A stretch of 32,000 nt of DNA from Propionibacteriaceae bacterium (GTDB lineage: Bacteria > Actinomycetota > Actinomycetes > Propionibacteriales > Propionibacteriaceae). The stretch's first letter is position 1. Each line of letters begins with the position of its first letter. Made by a program: the position numbers and the translations under genes. This document shows, in pieces, positions 16,378 through 26,700 of the stretch. The stretch covers positions 5,310-37,309 of the forward strand of contig JAIRQE010000012.1 in assembly GCA_031256725.1 (NCBI GenBank), given 5' to 3'. Under the pieces are notes generated by a model. That model saw nothing but the letters and a program-made list of their open reading frames with translations, was not told the DNA's origin and made no database searches.

Positions 16378-17297
16378 CCACAAGAAACGAACAGATCCTT
16401 CCCTTGGAGGGGACAGAAACTTTGGCTGCAAGTGATATCCTTGCAGTAGAGAATCTTTCCATCAGTTTTGGGGGATTGAAGGCTCTTGATGATCTGTCCT
16501 TTGCTATCCGTGATCGGGAGATCTTCGGGTTGATTGGCCCCAATGGTGCTGGAAAAACCACGGTATTCAACTGCATCACGCAGTTCTACAAACCCGACCA
16601 GGGAACAGTATTATTCGGGGTTGAATCTGAGCGTCTTCACCGACATAGAGCACACAAAGTTTCCGTAGGGTCCACTGATGAACCCCAGGACACTGAGGTG
16701 GTCAACCTAGTGGGGCGTAAGGTTCATTCGATTATCAAACTTGGATTGGTACGTACCTTCCAAAATGTTGAGGTCATCCCTGAACTCTCGTTGATCGACA
16801 ACGTATTATTGGGTGGCCATGTCGATTTTCGTGCGACAATCCTTGAACAGATGTTTCGCCTTCCTCGCGCTCGTCGCGAGGAGAAACAGTACAGAGCCCA
16901 AGCCCTTGAAGTACTTGAATTCCTGAAGATTGATCATCTCAAGGATGAACTCGCATCAGGACAGCCTTATGGTGTACTCAAAAAACTGGAGATGGCTCGT
17001 ACCCTCATGGCAAACCCCAGGCTTATCATCCTTGATGAACCGGCTGCTGGACTCAATGACTCAGAAACTGAAGACCTAGCCCAAACCATTCGTGAAATTC
17101 GCGACCGTTATCACTGCGCGATTCTTCTTGTCGAACATGATATGCGGCTGGTGATGGGTGTCTGTGAGCGGATCTGTGCGATCTCCTTTGGGAGATTCCT
17201 CGCCCTGGGCACTCCTGAAGAGATTCAAGAAAATCCCGATGTACAAGAAGCTTATCTGGGCGAACAGGAATCCGATCAGGAAGGGGCTCAGAAATGA
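16374..17297 (+). CDS. livG: HAAT-family ABC transporter ATP-binding protein, LivG-like, with an internal insertion
   Basis: Walker A GPNGAGKTT, LivG-type FNCITQFYKP, Walker B LIILDEPAAGLN, C-terminal NPDVQEAYLG. 4-nt overlaps with livM and livF. Confidence 0.85.
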   Translation: MTTRNEQILPLEGTETLAASDILAVENLSISFGGLKALDDLSFAIRDREIFGLIGPNGAGKTTVFNCITQFYKPDQGTVLFGVESERLHRHRAHKVSVGSTDEPQDTEVVNLVGRKVHSIIKLGLVRTFQNVEVIPELSLIDNVLLGGHVDFRATILEQMFRLPRARREEKQYRAQALEVLEFLKIDHLKDELASGQPYGVLKKLEMARTLMANPRLIILDEPAAGLNDSETEDLAQTIREIRDRYHCAILLVEHDMRLVMGVCERICAISFGRFLALGTPEEIQENPDVQEAYLGEQESDQEGAQK

Positions 17298-18013
17298 CTA
17301 TGGCACTATCCATTCGTGGACTCACTGTCCGATATGGTGCCATTGAGGCCGTACGCGGAATCGACCTTGATGTACCCACTGGACAGGTGGTTGCCCTGCT
17401 GGGAGCCAATGGTGCAGGCAAGACTTCAACTTTGCGTACCATCTCTGGACTCACCCGTGCGGCCCAGGGGACCATCACCTTTGAGGATACCCCAATCACC
17501 AGTATGGACCCGGAGAAGATCACCGCTTTGGGTATCGTTCAATCACCTGAAGGAAGACAGATTTTCCGTGACCTGACAGTTGAGGAGAACCTGCGCGCCG
17601 GAGCATTCACCATCAAAGGATCCAAGAGGCTCAAGGAACGGTTTGCGTACTGCTTCGACTATTTCCCCCGTCTTGCTGAAAGACGTAAGCAGCTTGGCTA
17701 CACCCTGTCGGGTGGGGAATTACAGATGCTCGCAATCGCCCGTGCACTCATGGCTGACCCGAAGGTTCTCCTACTGGATGAGCCAAGTCTGGGGTTAGCT
17801 CCAATGATCGTTCGCGATATTTTCTCAATCATTCTTCAGATAAAAAACGAAGGCTCCACCGTTTTGATTGTGGAACAAAATGCCTTGCAGACTCTGAAGA
17901 TTGCCGACTACGGGTACGTCTTGGAAACCGGAAGAAACTCCATCCAAGGCCTAGCGTCGGAACTCATAAAGGACACTCGACTGGTTGAGGCCTATCTGGG
18001 CTCGACAGCTTAA
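17294..18013 (+). CDS. livF: HAAT-family ABC transporter ATP-binding protein, LivF-like
   Basis: 239 aa. GANGAGKTSTL, LSGGELQMLAIARAL, LLLDEPSLGLAP, C-terminal EAYLG. Confidence 0.85.
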   Translation: MTMALSIRGLTVRYGAIEAVRGIDLDVPTGQVVALLGANGAGKTSTLRTISGLTRAAQGTITFEDTPITSMDPEKITALGIVQSPEGRQIFRDLTVEENLRAGAFTIKGSKRLKERFAYCFDYFPRLAERRKQLGYTLSGGELQMLAIARALMADPKVLLLDEPSLGLAPMIVRDIFSIILQIKNEGSTVLIVEQNALQTLKIADYGYVLETGRNSIQGLASELIKDTRLVEAYLGSTA

Positions 18014-18051
18014 CAGTCGACTGACAAATTGAAACAATAGAAAGGTAAATC

Positions 18052-19302
18052 ATGAACACGAACAAGGTAGTTGCTTCGTTAGTAGGCGTGCTCCTTGCAA
18101 TCAGCCTCGTTGGTTGCACGAAGCCCGCGGATGGGCCTGTGTCGGTCGACGACGGGACTCAGGGTATTACTGACACCACAGTATTGATTGCGAACTCGGC
18201 TGCAACCTCTGGGGCTTATGCTCCTGTGGGGGTACCGTTTATTGCTGGTATGCAGGCATACATCGATACGGTTAATGCTGCTGGTGGTATTGATGGTCGC
18301 AAGATCGAGTTCCTTCACACTGATGATGAGTTTGATCCTGCCAAAGGTAGTGCTGCTCTGACAGAGTTTGTTGAAGACGACAAGGTCTTTGCGATTGTTG
18401 GCTACTTCGGTACACCTGTGGTTGCTGCCAATCTCGGCGCACTCAAGGAGTACGGTATCCCGTCGGTCTACTTCGCAACAGGGATCGGGCAACTGTATGC
18501 AGAGAAGGCCTCAACGAATGCTGATGGGTACAATATCTTCCCAGTACAGCCCATCTATCGTACAGAGGGCTCGATCATGGTGGCTTATGCTGCTGGTAAG
18601 TTCGAGGCTAAGAAGATCGGCATCATCTACACCAATGATGACGCTGGTATGGACTTGGAGAAGGGTGCTGTTGCCCAGATCAACAAACTTGACGGCATTG
18701 AATATGTCGAACAACAGGTGGCAGCTGGTGCAGCAGATGTGTCTGCTGCAGTGACCGCGATCAAGAACGCTGATGTCGATTTCATTATTGTTGCTTCGAT
18801 TCAGGGCACCATGCCGACCATCGTCAAGGAACTGGCTGCCCAAGGTGTGAACAAGGATTGCATCACCACCTATGTGAATGTGTCTTCGGCAATGTCCGAA
18901 GCTGTCCTAGCTGACATCACTGACAAGTTTGATCTCTATGGTCTGGGTTGGGTTGACACCGAGTCTGCTTTCACGCAGGCTGCCTTGGGTGATTATCAGA
19001 AGAGCATCGCTAGCGAGTATGCCATGAATGCCTATGCTCAGACTGGTTGGATCGCTGCATCCTTCTTTGCTGAGGGGCTTCGCCGTCTCGAAGGCAAGGA
19101 TGTGACCTGGACCTCCTATATGGAAGCCCTCCAGTCTGCACCTATTCAGAACCCCTTTGGTGGATTCATTAATTATGCTGACGGTCAGCGTCTTGGTACT
19201 CAAGACATGAACTTGTCGAAGGTCGTACCTGCTTCAGATCGCTGGGCCGCAGGATGGGAACTCGTTGAGCCAGTTCAGTCAATTTCTGACTTGCTTCAGT
19301 AA
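18052..19302 (+). CDS. Periplasmic-binding-protein type I (LivK-like) substrate-binding lipoprotein
   Basis: 416 aa. Signal peptide with lipobox LVGC (MNTNKVVASLVGVLLAISLVGC). The body reads like Leu/Ile/Val-binding-protein family members. SD GAAAGG upstream. Confidence 0.8.
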   Translation: MNTNKVVASLVGVLLAISLVGCTKPADGPVSVDDGTQGITDTTVLIANSAATSGAYAPVGVPFIAGMQAYIDTVNAAGGIDGRKIEFLHTDDEFDPAKGSAALTEFVEDDKVFAIVGYFGTPVVAANLGALKEYGIPSVYFATGIGQLYAEKASTNADGYNIFPVQPIYRTEGSIMVAYAAGKFEAKKIGIIYTNDDAGMDLEKGAVAQINKLDGIEYVEQQVAAGAADVSAAVTAIKNADVDFIIVASIQGTMPTIVKELAAQGVNKDCITTYVNVSSAMSEAVLADITDKFDLYGLGWVDTESAFTQAALGDYQKSIASEYAMNAYAQTGWIAASFFAEGLRRLEGKDVTWTSYMEALQSAPIQNPFGGFINYADGQRLGTQDMNLSKVVPASDRWAAGWELVEPVQSISDLLQ

Positions 19303-19322
19303 CCCCCTCCTCGTATAACCGG

Positions 19323-19366
19323 ATTCATTGAATTGCTGTCATGAATCACAAGGAATCATTGATTCC
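19323..19366. promoter_or_regulatory. Two related palindromes with TCATTGA core between the binding-protein gene and maoC
   Basis: ATTCATTGAAT (19323-19333) and GGAATCATTGATTCC (19352-19366). Centres are 31 bp apart. Confidence 0.3.
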
Positions 19367-19381
19367 GCTCCTCTAAAAAAG

Positions 19382-19414
19382 ATGGTGCCCACTGGCGAAT
19401 CCGGTGGGCACCAT
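19382..19414 (+). terminator. Strong GC-rich hairpin after the liv-like operon (terminator or intercistronic stabiliser)
   Basis: ATGGTGCCCAC / GTGGGCACCAT gives a perfect 11-bp stem with an 11-nt loop. There is no clear U-tract. It lies 22 nt before the maoC start. Confidence 0.5.
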
Positions 19415-19436
19415 TGCAACAAAACAAGGAAATAAG

Positions 19437-19844
19437 ATGTACTACGACGAAATCTCTGTAGGCGATACAGCCTCATTTGAAAAAACCATTGCCGAGACAG
19501 ATGTTTATGCCTTTGCTGGAATCACTGGTGACTTCAATCCGGCCCATGTGAACCAGCGCTATGCGGAACAGACCAAGTTTGGTACCCGTATTGCTCATGG
19601 AATGCTGGGTGGGAGCCTATTCTCTACAGTGTTTGGAACAAGGATTCCTGGCGAGGGGGCGATCTATCTTTCGCAATCTCTGAGCTTTACTGCGCCTGTT
19701 CTGATTGGTGAAACCATCAAGGCTACGGTTACAGTGGTTGAAAAGATGGAGAAGGGACGTGTACGCTTCGACTGTATTGCGACCAAGGCTGACGGTACTG
19801 TGGTCATCACGGGGGAAGCCATCCTCTTACCACCGCGTCCCTAA
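19437..19844 (+). CDS. MaoC-like (R)-specific enoyl-CoA hydratase / hot-dog dehydratase
   Basis: Hot-dog fold motifs GDFNPAHV and RIAHGML. Start placed at ATG 19437 (SD AAGGAA). The ORF-track GTG 19404 lies inside the right arm of an 11-bp-stem hairpin. Confidence 0.8.
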   Translation: MYYDEISVGDTASFEKTIAETDVYAFAGITGDFNPAHVNQRYAEQTKFGTRIAHGMLGGSLFSTVFGTRIPGEGAIYLSQSLSFTAPVLIGETIKATVTVVEKMEKGRVRFDCIATKADGTVVITGEAILLPPRP

Positions 19845-19947
19845 GTGAGGTCAAGGCATTAACGACTTGGCTCAGCTAAAGGTGTACCAAACCATAGTCG
19901 AAAAGTAGACTTGTACTGAGCCCGAATCATGAGAACAAGGAAAACTT

Positions 19948-20559
19948 GTGCCAACCCGAACATTCTTTAACCTTCCGCAAGACAAGCAGGACAGGGTGTT
20001 GACTGCGGCTGTAAACGAGTTCAGTCAACGCAACGTCGAGGAAGCCAACCTGTCCAATATCGTGCGGCAAGCTGGTATTCCCCGCGGGAGCCTTTATCAG
20101 TACTTCACTGACAAGGACGACCTCTATGTGTACATGTTCGAGACTCTGCGCGAAGAGCGCTGGGTGCATACCAAAGAGGCTTTCGAATACTATAAGACTT
20201 CGGAGTTCCTGACCTTCTTCGAGCACTATTACCTGCTTGACACTCTCTACCTCCTCCAGCATCCTCAGCATATTGAACTGGGCAAGGTCATGTACTCCCA
20301 TGCTAGAGGGGTCTCTTTCGGGCTCATTGATGCCATTCAGCGTCGGTACCGCGACATCTTCTTGGTTGGCATTGACTACGACCAAGATAATGGTCGCATT
20401 CGAGCCGATGTGGACTCTCAAGCCCTAGCGGATCTGTGTGTTCACTTCATGACTGACGTCTTCATCTTCCAGAACATCACCCGACGTATGTCCCTCGCCG
20501 GAGTGGAAAAACATCTTCAAGGTACAATGGATCTGATTCGTCGAGGGGTGCAACCCTAG
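19948..20559 (+). CDS. TetR/AcrR-family transcriptional regulator
   Basis: 203 aa. N-terminal HTH region VLTAAVNEFSQRNVEEANLSNIVRQAGIPRGSLYQYF. SD AAGGAA before GTG 19948. Confidence 0.8.
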   Translation: MPTRTFFNLPQDKQDRVLTAAVNEFSQRNVEEANLSNIVRQAGIPRGSLYQYFTDKDDLYVYMFETLREERWVHTKEAFEYYKTSEFLTFFEHYYLLDTLYLLQHPQHIELGKVMYSHARGVSFGLIDAIQRRYRDIFLVGIDYDQDNGRIRADVDSQALADLCVHFMTDVFIFQNITRRMSLAGVEKHLQGTMDLIRRGVQP

Positions 20560-20658
20560 ATATCAGCGTTTGTCAACTCTCACGCATCCATGAAGCGTAT
20601 TGATCAAGCTCGGGCATGCAATCCTAAGCATCAGTACTTGTTAACCCACACTCCCGTC

Positions 20659-20716
20659 ATCCTGCGCGGAAGTGGAGTCGCAGGATCCAGGCTCTTGATC
20701 AACTCCTCAAGAGCCT
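20659..20716. terminator. Two adjacent hairpins between the convergent tetR and giant-protein genes
   Basis: ATCCTGCG-12 nt-CGCAGGAT (20659-20686) and AGGCTCTTGA-8 nt-TCAAGAGCCT (20689-20716). Confidence 0.4.
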
Positions 20717-20754
20717 CGTCGCTGTCTTAGTACCATCCGAAAGGCCGAGCAACC

Positions 20755-23700
20755 TCAGGGATTCGTACCTACCGTTTGGGACTCAAGTTTCCTTATTGCT
20801 AGGAGTACTCCACTTGATCCCGCAGCCATGAGCAGTATCCATGCTGAGTGATGATGCACAGTACCGCCGGTGGGAACCCTAGGAATAACCACCGCAGTTG
20901 ACGATGTAGGTGTTGGACTCGGCCCAGGTTCAGGACTTGGATCGGGTCCAGGTGTTGGCGTTGGGGGTGGATCTGGAGTGGGCTCCGGGTCTGGTGTCGG
21001 TTCAGGAGTCGGTGTAGGAGTTAGGTCCGGTGTTGGCTCTGGAGTCGGTGTGGGCGTTGGTGTCGGTGGAGCCTGAGGAATGACCGAATCACAGATGGTG
21101 GATTCATTGTCTGTACCTTTATCATCCAGGGCATCTGAACCTGCGTGTCCCGTATTGCACACCTCGTCTGTGAGATCCTTGTTCACCAGGAAGCTGAGGC
21201 GTACCGAAACAGAATCATCGACAGTCAAAGAATCGATATGGCAGGAGATGACCGGCGTAGAGTCATCTTCTGTGGACAAGCAGTCTCCACTTGGCAGAGT
21301 TGCCGTAGTAAGGGTTAACCCAGTGGGGATCTCGTCACTGATGATGACATTGGACGCATTGGATGGCCCCAGGTTGGTGACTGTGAGATCATAAGTGACC
21401 TCGTCTCCTGCTCGTACCTGGGTCGTCACTAGGGTTTTTTCGATTGTCAGGTTCGCAAGATTGATGACTCGGATACTCACGGAAACCCAGTTATTGTCAG
21501 GATTGGAGTCTGGTGTTTCCGAATAGGAGTGAACTTTCACTTCGTAGATCCCAGGCTCAGTGTTCTCCAAGATCTCCACTGTGACGAAGCTTGCGACCGC
21601 CATCCCAGGAAGGAAGACCTGGTACAGGGGAGTAGCGGGAATCGATTCACAGTGAAGAATATGCGTGGACTCATCAAAGGTACAGATGTTGCCAGGGATA
21701 TCCCACTTCACGGGTACCAACCCTTGCGGGAAGAACACATCACCAGCCGGGAAATCTGCAGTCGTGGGTCCATTATTGAGGGTGATCCCTGTGAATGTCA
21801 CGTGATCTCCCGCATAAACCGTATCCGCATTGACGCCAGCACGGGCCACGATGTCGGATTCCTTATCGATCCATGCCGTAACTGTGGAGAGATTGTTGTC
21901 AGTATTGGGATCAGTCATTGAAGAATCATTCAGTGTGATCTGGGCTTGGTTGTCGATTGCTCGCGGATAGTCTTTCAGGTAATTGTCGCAGCCTTGCTCA
22001 TTGGGTGGACTCGTGGGATCTCCAGGAATCGAGGGTTCCCCTGGTACACATCCTGGTCCTGTACCTTCGAGGCGGATATCCATGGGTGACGAGTTGGCTA
22101 TCACTCGCTGAGTGTAGTCTTCACCAACTGCTAAGGGAGGTACAGAGCAGGAAATGAGTTCAGGCTGATCCAGCGCAAGCTCTGATGGTTCTTTGACTGT
22201 ACAACCGGGCGACAGTTCCAGGTTTAATGTCAGCCCCAATGGTAGGGCATCAGTAATGGTGGATTCGCTCGCATCGGATGGGCCAGCGTTGACCGCGACG
22301 AGGGTGTAGCCAATCTGGCCTCCAGCATGGAACACTGGAGAACCCTTACGTGGCTCCTTATGGCCGGTGTCTACAAACTTTTGAAGGCGGAGGTCGACTT
22401 CATGGATCACTATCACCTCGGCAGTGTCCTGAGCCTGAGCGCCAGGATCAGAGGGGGTCTGGGCTACAGCCGTGTTGGAGATGGTACCTATGACATCAGA
22501 GTCGATGGTACCTTCCATGGTGACCACGACAGGTGATACGGGGGAGACCGTACCCCGGATGGTACCCAACTCGCAGGAAATGGAGGAATCATTGCCCACG
22601 TCGATGGAACAGGTTCCTTGGGTGGTCGTGACTTTCGTGGCGTGGAATCCTGGGGGAAGACTGTCAGTGAGGGTGACATCAGCGGCATCAGCCCAGAATT
22701 GACCAGATTCACTTTGGGGGGTCGAAGCCGAGGCCCGTGATTGCTCCACTGTGATGGTGTACTTGAAATCCTTGCCAGCTATGAAGGTGGATTTTTCAGT
22801 CTTCTTGTCGACACTTAGGTTAACAGGACCAGGTGTGATCTCAAGGATGGATTCCGAACTGTTGTCGCTGTATTGGGACTCCTTGGTGGTTGTGTGAATG
22901 CTGACCAGAGCTTTAGTGTCTGTGGATGCAGGGGCAAAGTCTCGAACCCCCATCAACATGGAGACACTGACCTGTTCGCCAGGCGCCAGGGAAGAGGTAC
23001 CAGTGGAATTGCGCAGCATGCACTTCAACTCATCGTGGATGATTTCACATCCGGGGTCATCGCTGACCCACCAGGACCCATCCACTTCGCTCCCACCATT
23101 CCAGATTAGGACGGGGTGTACAGCATCAAGGGAGACGTTGAACCCCATGAAGTCATAGTCCAGGAGGAGATAGGCATCCTTTGCAGTGACCAATCCACTA
23201 TTGGTGAAGGTCATGGTGAGCCAAAGCAGGGATCCTGCAGGGGTACTGGTGAGGTCACTTCCAGGGGGCTGATTCATTCCAGCATAACTCTGCCATATCA
23301 TGTCGGTGACAAGGATATTCGCCTGAGAACTGACAGGCAGGGTGAGTGATGATCTGTTATTGGAGGTGGATGGATCAAGGAGAGATCCTTCGACTTTTGC
23401 CTCATTCTTGATCAAGGAGGCGTTCAGAAGATCTGGGGCAACCTCAACCTCTAGGGTGTAGGTTGAGGTTGATCCTGGGCTGAGTTCTGCTCCCGTACAG
23501 GTGACGGTTCCACTGGCTGAACTACATTTAGCAGAGGTCGCAGAACCAGTTCCACTGGGGACGAAAGTAAGCCCATCAGGAAGAGTATCAGTGATGGTCG
23601 GAATCGATGAGTCTGGTCCCTGGTTAGTCACAGTGAGGGTGTAGACCGCACGACCACCAGCAGCAAGTTCTGTCATGGTAGACGACTTCACCAGGGCCAG

Positions 23701-26700
23701 ATCTGCCTGATCTACCCCACTGAGAGTCCAAGTGGCTTCATTGTTCTTGGGCTCAGGATCATGGTCACTTGTGACGGTAGAGGTCGCAATCTGGGGATCA
23801 GTACTCACGGTCGTGACAACAGTAGGTACAGTGATCACTACTTCTTCGCCGACTTCAAGGGTACCCAGCTGGCAGGAAACTGAGGTAGCGCTCACAGTAC
23901 AGGTGACGCCAGAGGGTGCCACCGCAGGGTTGGCAGGATCACCCTTCACAGCAGCAGGGAAGAGGTCCGTCAACTCGACATTCGTTGCCGTTGAGGGGCC
24001 GTTGTTGCGTACGGTAATCGTGTAGGTCACCACAGAATCAACAGAACTTGGAAGGCTGCTGGTATCAGCCACCTGAATGACGGAAAGATCAGCTTCAGGA
24101 GTGACTGTAATAGTTGCTGAAGCCTGATTATTCGCTGATGTCGGGTCTGTGAAAGAAGGAACCTGGGGTACCTCAGCAGTATTGGTGACTGATCCTGTGG
24201 CATCGGGGGAGACAGTACCCGTGATCGTGATCACAGCTGAGGCGCCAGGAGTATCAGCTTGGGAAGAAGAGGCCAAGGTGCCAACAGAACATTCGATGAT
24301 CTGCCCAGTGATCTGGCAGGATCCACGATCCACTGTGGCCCCCGGATTGAGGATCTGGGGAGGAAGGGTGTCTCGTACTATCACACCAGGTGCAGAAGAG
24401 GGGCCCCAGTTGGACGCAGTCAGAACATAGGTGATCCCCTGACCAGCAACCACAGTGGTGAGGTTCGCTTGCTTGGATAGACGCACGTCAGCTACAGGGG
24501 TACCTATGGTACCCGTGGCTGAATCGTGGTTATTGGTCAGGTCGGGGTCAGTGGTGTTTGAGGATACTCGGACCTCATTGGTGAATGATTGCCCAGCTTC
24601 GGCTGAAGGATTGACCTGAGCCGTGACTGTGAGTGTGGCTGATTTTCCAGAATCCAGGGTGGCCGTACGACAGGTCATCTTTTCTGTGGCAAGGTCACAG
24701 GTCAGATCACCTGAGACACCAGATAGAGTTAGGAGGCTTGCATCTGAAAGGGTGTCTGTTAGAGTCAGATTCTGGGCACGGGAGGGGCCTTGATTCGTGA
24801 CGGTAATGGTAAAAACCACGGGTTGACCAGGGACTATGGTGGCTGTATTAAGGGTCTTTTCTATAACAAGATCTGCCACCTGAGTCATAGGGACAGAGTC
24901 TGTAGCTATGTTGTTAGCAAGATCTGGGTCATGGGTATTTGAGCTGACCTGGGCAGTATTAGTGATGGTTTCTATCGACGTGGAACTGGAGGATTCTCCT
25001 GTGAGTTGGATAGTGAAGGTCGACCCTACAGCCATCTGTGATGTCGAACATGTGAGGGAGTCTTCGATCATACAGGTGACGCCAGTTGGAGGCTTGACCG
25101 AAGGGGAATCCCACCCCTGTGGAATGGGATCAATGATGTGAACCTCTGATGCGGGATTCGGGCCATGGTTGGTCACAGTGATACTGGCTGACACAGGAGC
25201 CCCTGCCACAGCAGGCTTCGGTGTGATGGTTTTAGTGATCCCCAGATCAGCTTCCGGTGCTACTGGTGTAGAAACGGGGGGAATGTCATAGGTTGCGGCC
25301 ACACCAGTCGTGGCGGTAGTGAAGTTGAGGTGGGCGATATTGGAGATTGTTCGTCCAGGCTGGGTGACCCGAACCTGGAAGGAGTAGCCTTCCGATTCAC
25401 CATCAGTACCAAGCTGGCCACCTTCGCTCTGATTTGCGTCGGTACCAATGCGAACGTGAACCGCTGATCCTGTGTACTCTCCACGATCATCTCCAGAACC
25501 ATCGCTCATGGTGGCTGTGGTCGTACCATAAACGTCAACGAACCCTAGACTGCCAGGGATGTACTGGGTACCGCGAGGGATGGGGTCAATGGACACAAGG
25601 TCCTTGGCTGGGGACTGACCTGTGTTCGCGTAGCGTACGGTGTACTGAATGATGTCGCCGAGTTGGGCTGGTGAATGACCACTGAGGTTGACGGCTGTCT
25701 TGGCAGAGGAACTGAAATCTGGGGCATAGAGCGCAATGGATGTGGCAAGTAGCCCTGGGAAGTAGGCATCACCAGTACTCCCGAAGGTGAAGGTCGCTTC
25801 GGTAGCACCAATGGGGATGATATTGGGTGCATTGATGTTCTTGATGTCAAAACCCAGCATGTTTTTGTCGGCGGGTGACCGGGTTGTAACACTGGATCCA
25901 AACAGATCATTGGATGAGTTGAAGAAATTGGATCCTGGGGATGTCGTGGAGGCAAGCTGGGTCCCATTGAGGCGAGTGAAATCGCCAGTCTGGGTGAGGT
26001 CGCCCTCATAGGCGATCATTGATAATTGGGTGTCCACTGGCCCAGCTAGGGGAGCCTGGAACCCGGAGACTGTGATGGTTTGTGGGGAAGAGGAACCGAC
26101 ATTGGTGAACCCATCGAAGACGGTCAGGTTTCTCAACGGCATCCCTGGTGAAGAGTGGACCACGACCAGCGACCATCCGGCGTAGCGATCTTCGCCTGTA
26201 CCTGCGACAACATTGGCGCCCCAATAGTCGCCATTCCCCGCATTCGACACCAAGGAGGTGACATCGGCGAAACGTTGGTACGCGTTGGCATTGCTTCCTG
26301 AAGAGTTGGGACCAAATTGGGCATCGGGGTCGGTACTAGCATTGATAGTACGATACGAGGTTTCGCCTGGGACTAGCAGTGACATGCGCGTATAGGGATC
26401 CGTACCAGCGCTTCCGCCTACGCCCGCATTCAGACGTGCACCCCAATAGAGTCCAGCCCATAGAATACTTGAACCCTCAGGTAAGGATAGGCGAGACATG
26501 GAGGAATTCCAGGTTGTCGAGTCCTCATCTAAATCCAGGTGGACCATGCTATAGGCATTGTTGTTGTTATTCGGTGCCTTGCCAGCTTTAGCAAGTTCAC
26601 AGTTACTATTCGTATCCGGGCAGGTCAACAATGAGTTGCCTATGGCGATAATAGAACCGTTGGCGTTCTCAGAAAAACGTACCTTGAAAGGAAGCGTGGG

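Noticed and set aside
14213-19936. Recurring heptamer ATGAGAA (14214, reverse strand at 14350-14359, 19929) as a possible regulatory word
   Set aside because: A 7-mer is expected several times by chance in 64 kb of two-strand sequence. It shows no consistent spacing or symmetry.
20659-20686. Hairpin ATCCTGCG...CGCAGGAT reminiscent of a CRISPR repeat
   Set aside because: Only a single copy is present, with no spacer-repeat periodicity anywhere in the window. It is better explained as a terminator between convergent genes.
20870-21076. 68-aa plus-strand ORF encoding GVGVGSG repeats
   Set aside because: It is the antisense reading of the Pro/Thr linker of the giant protein, so it is a compositional artefact.
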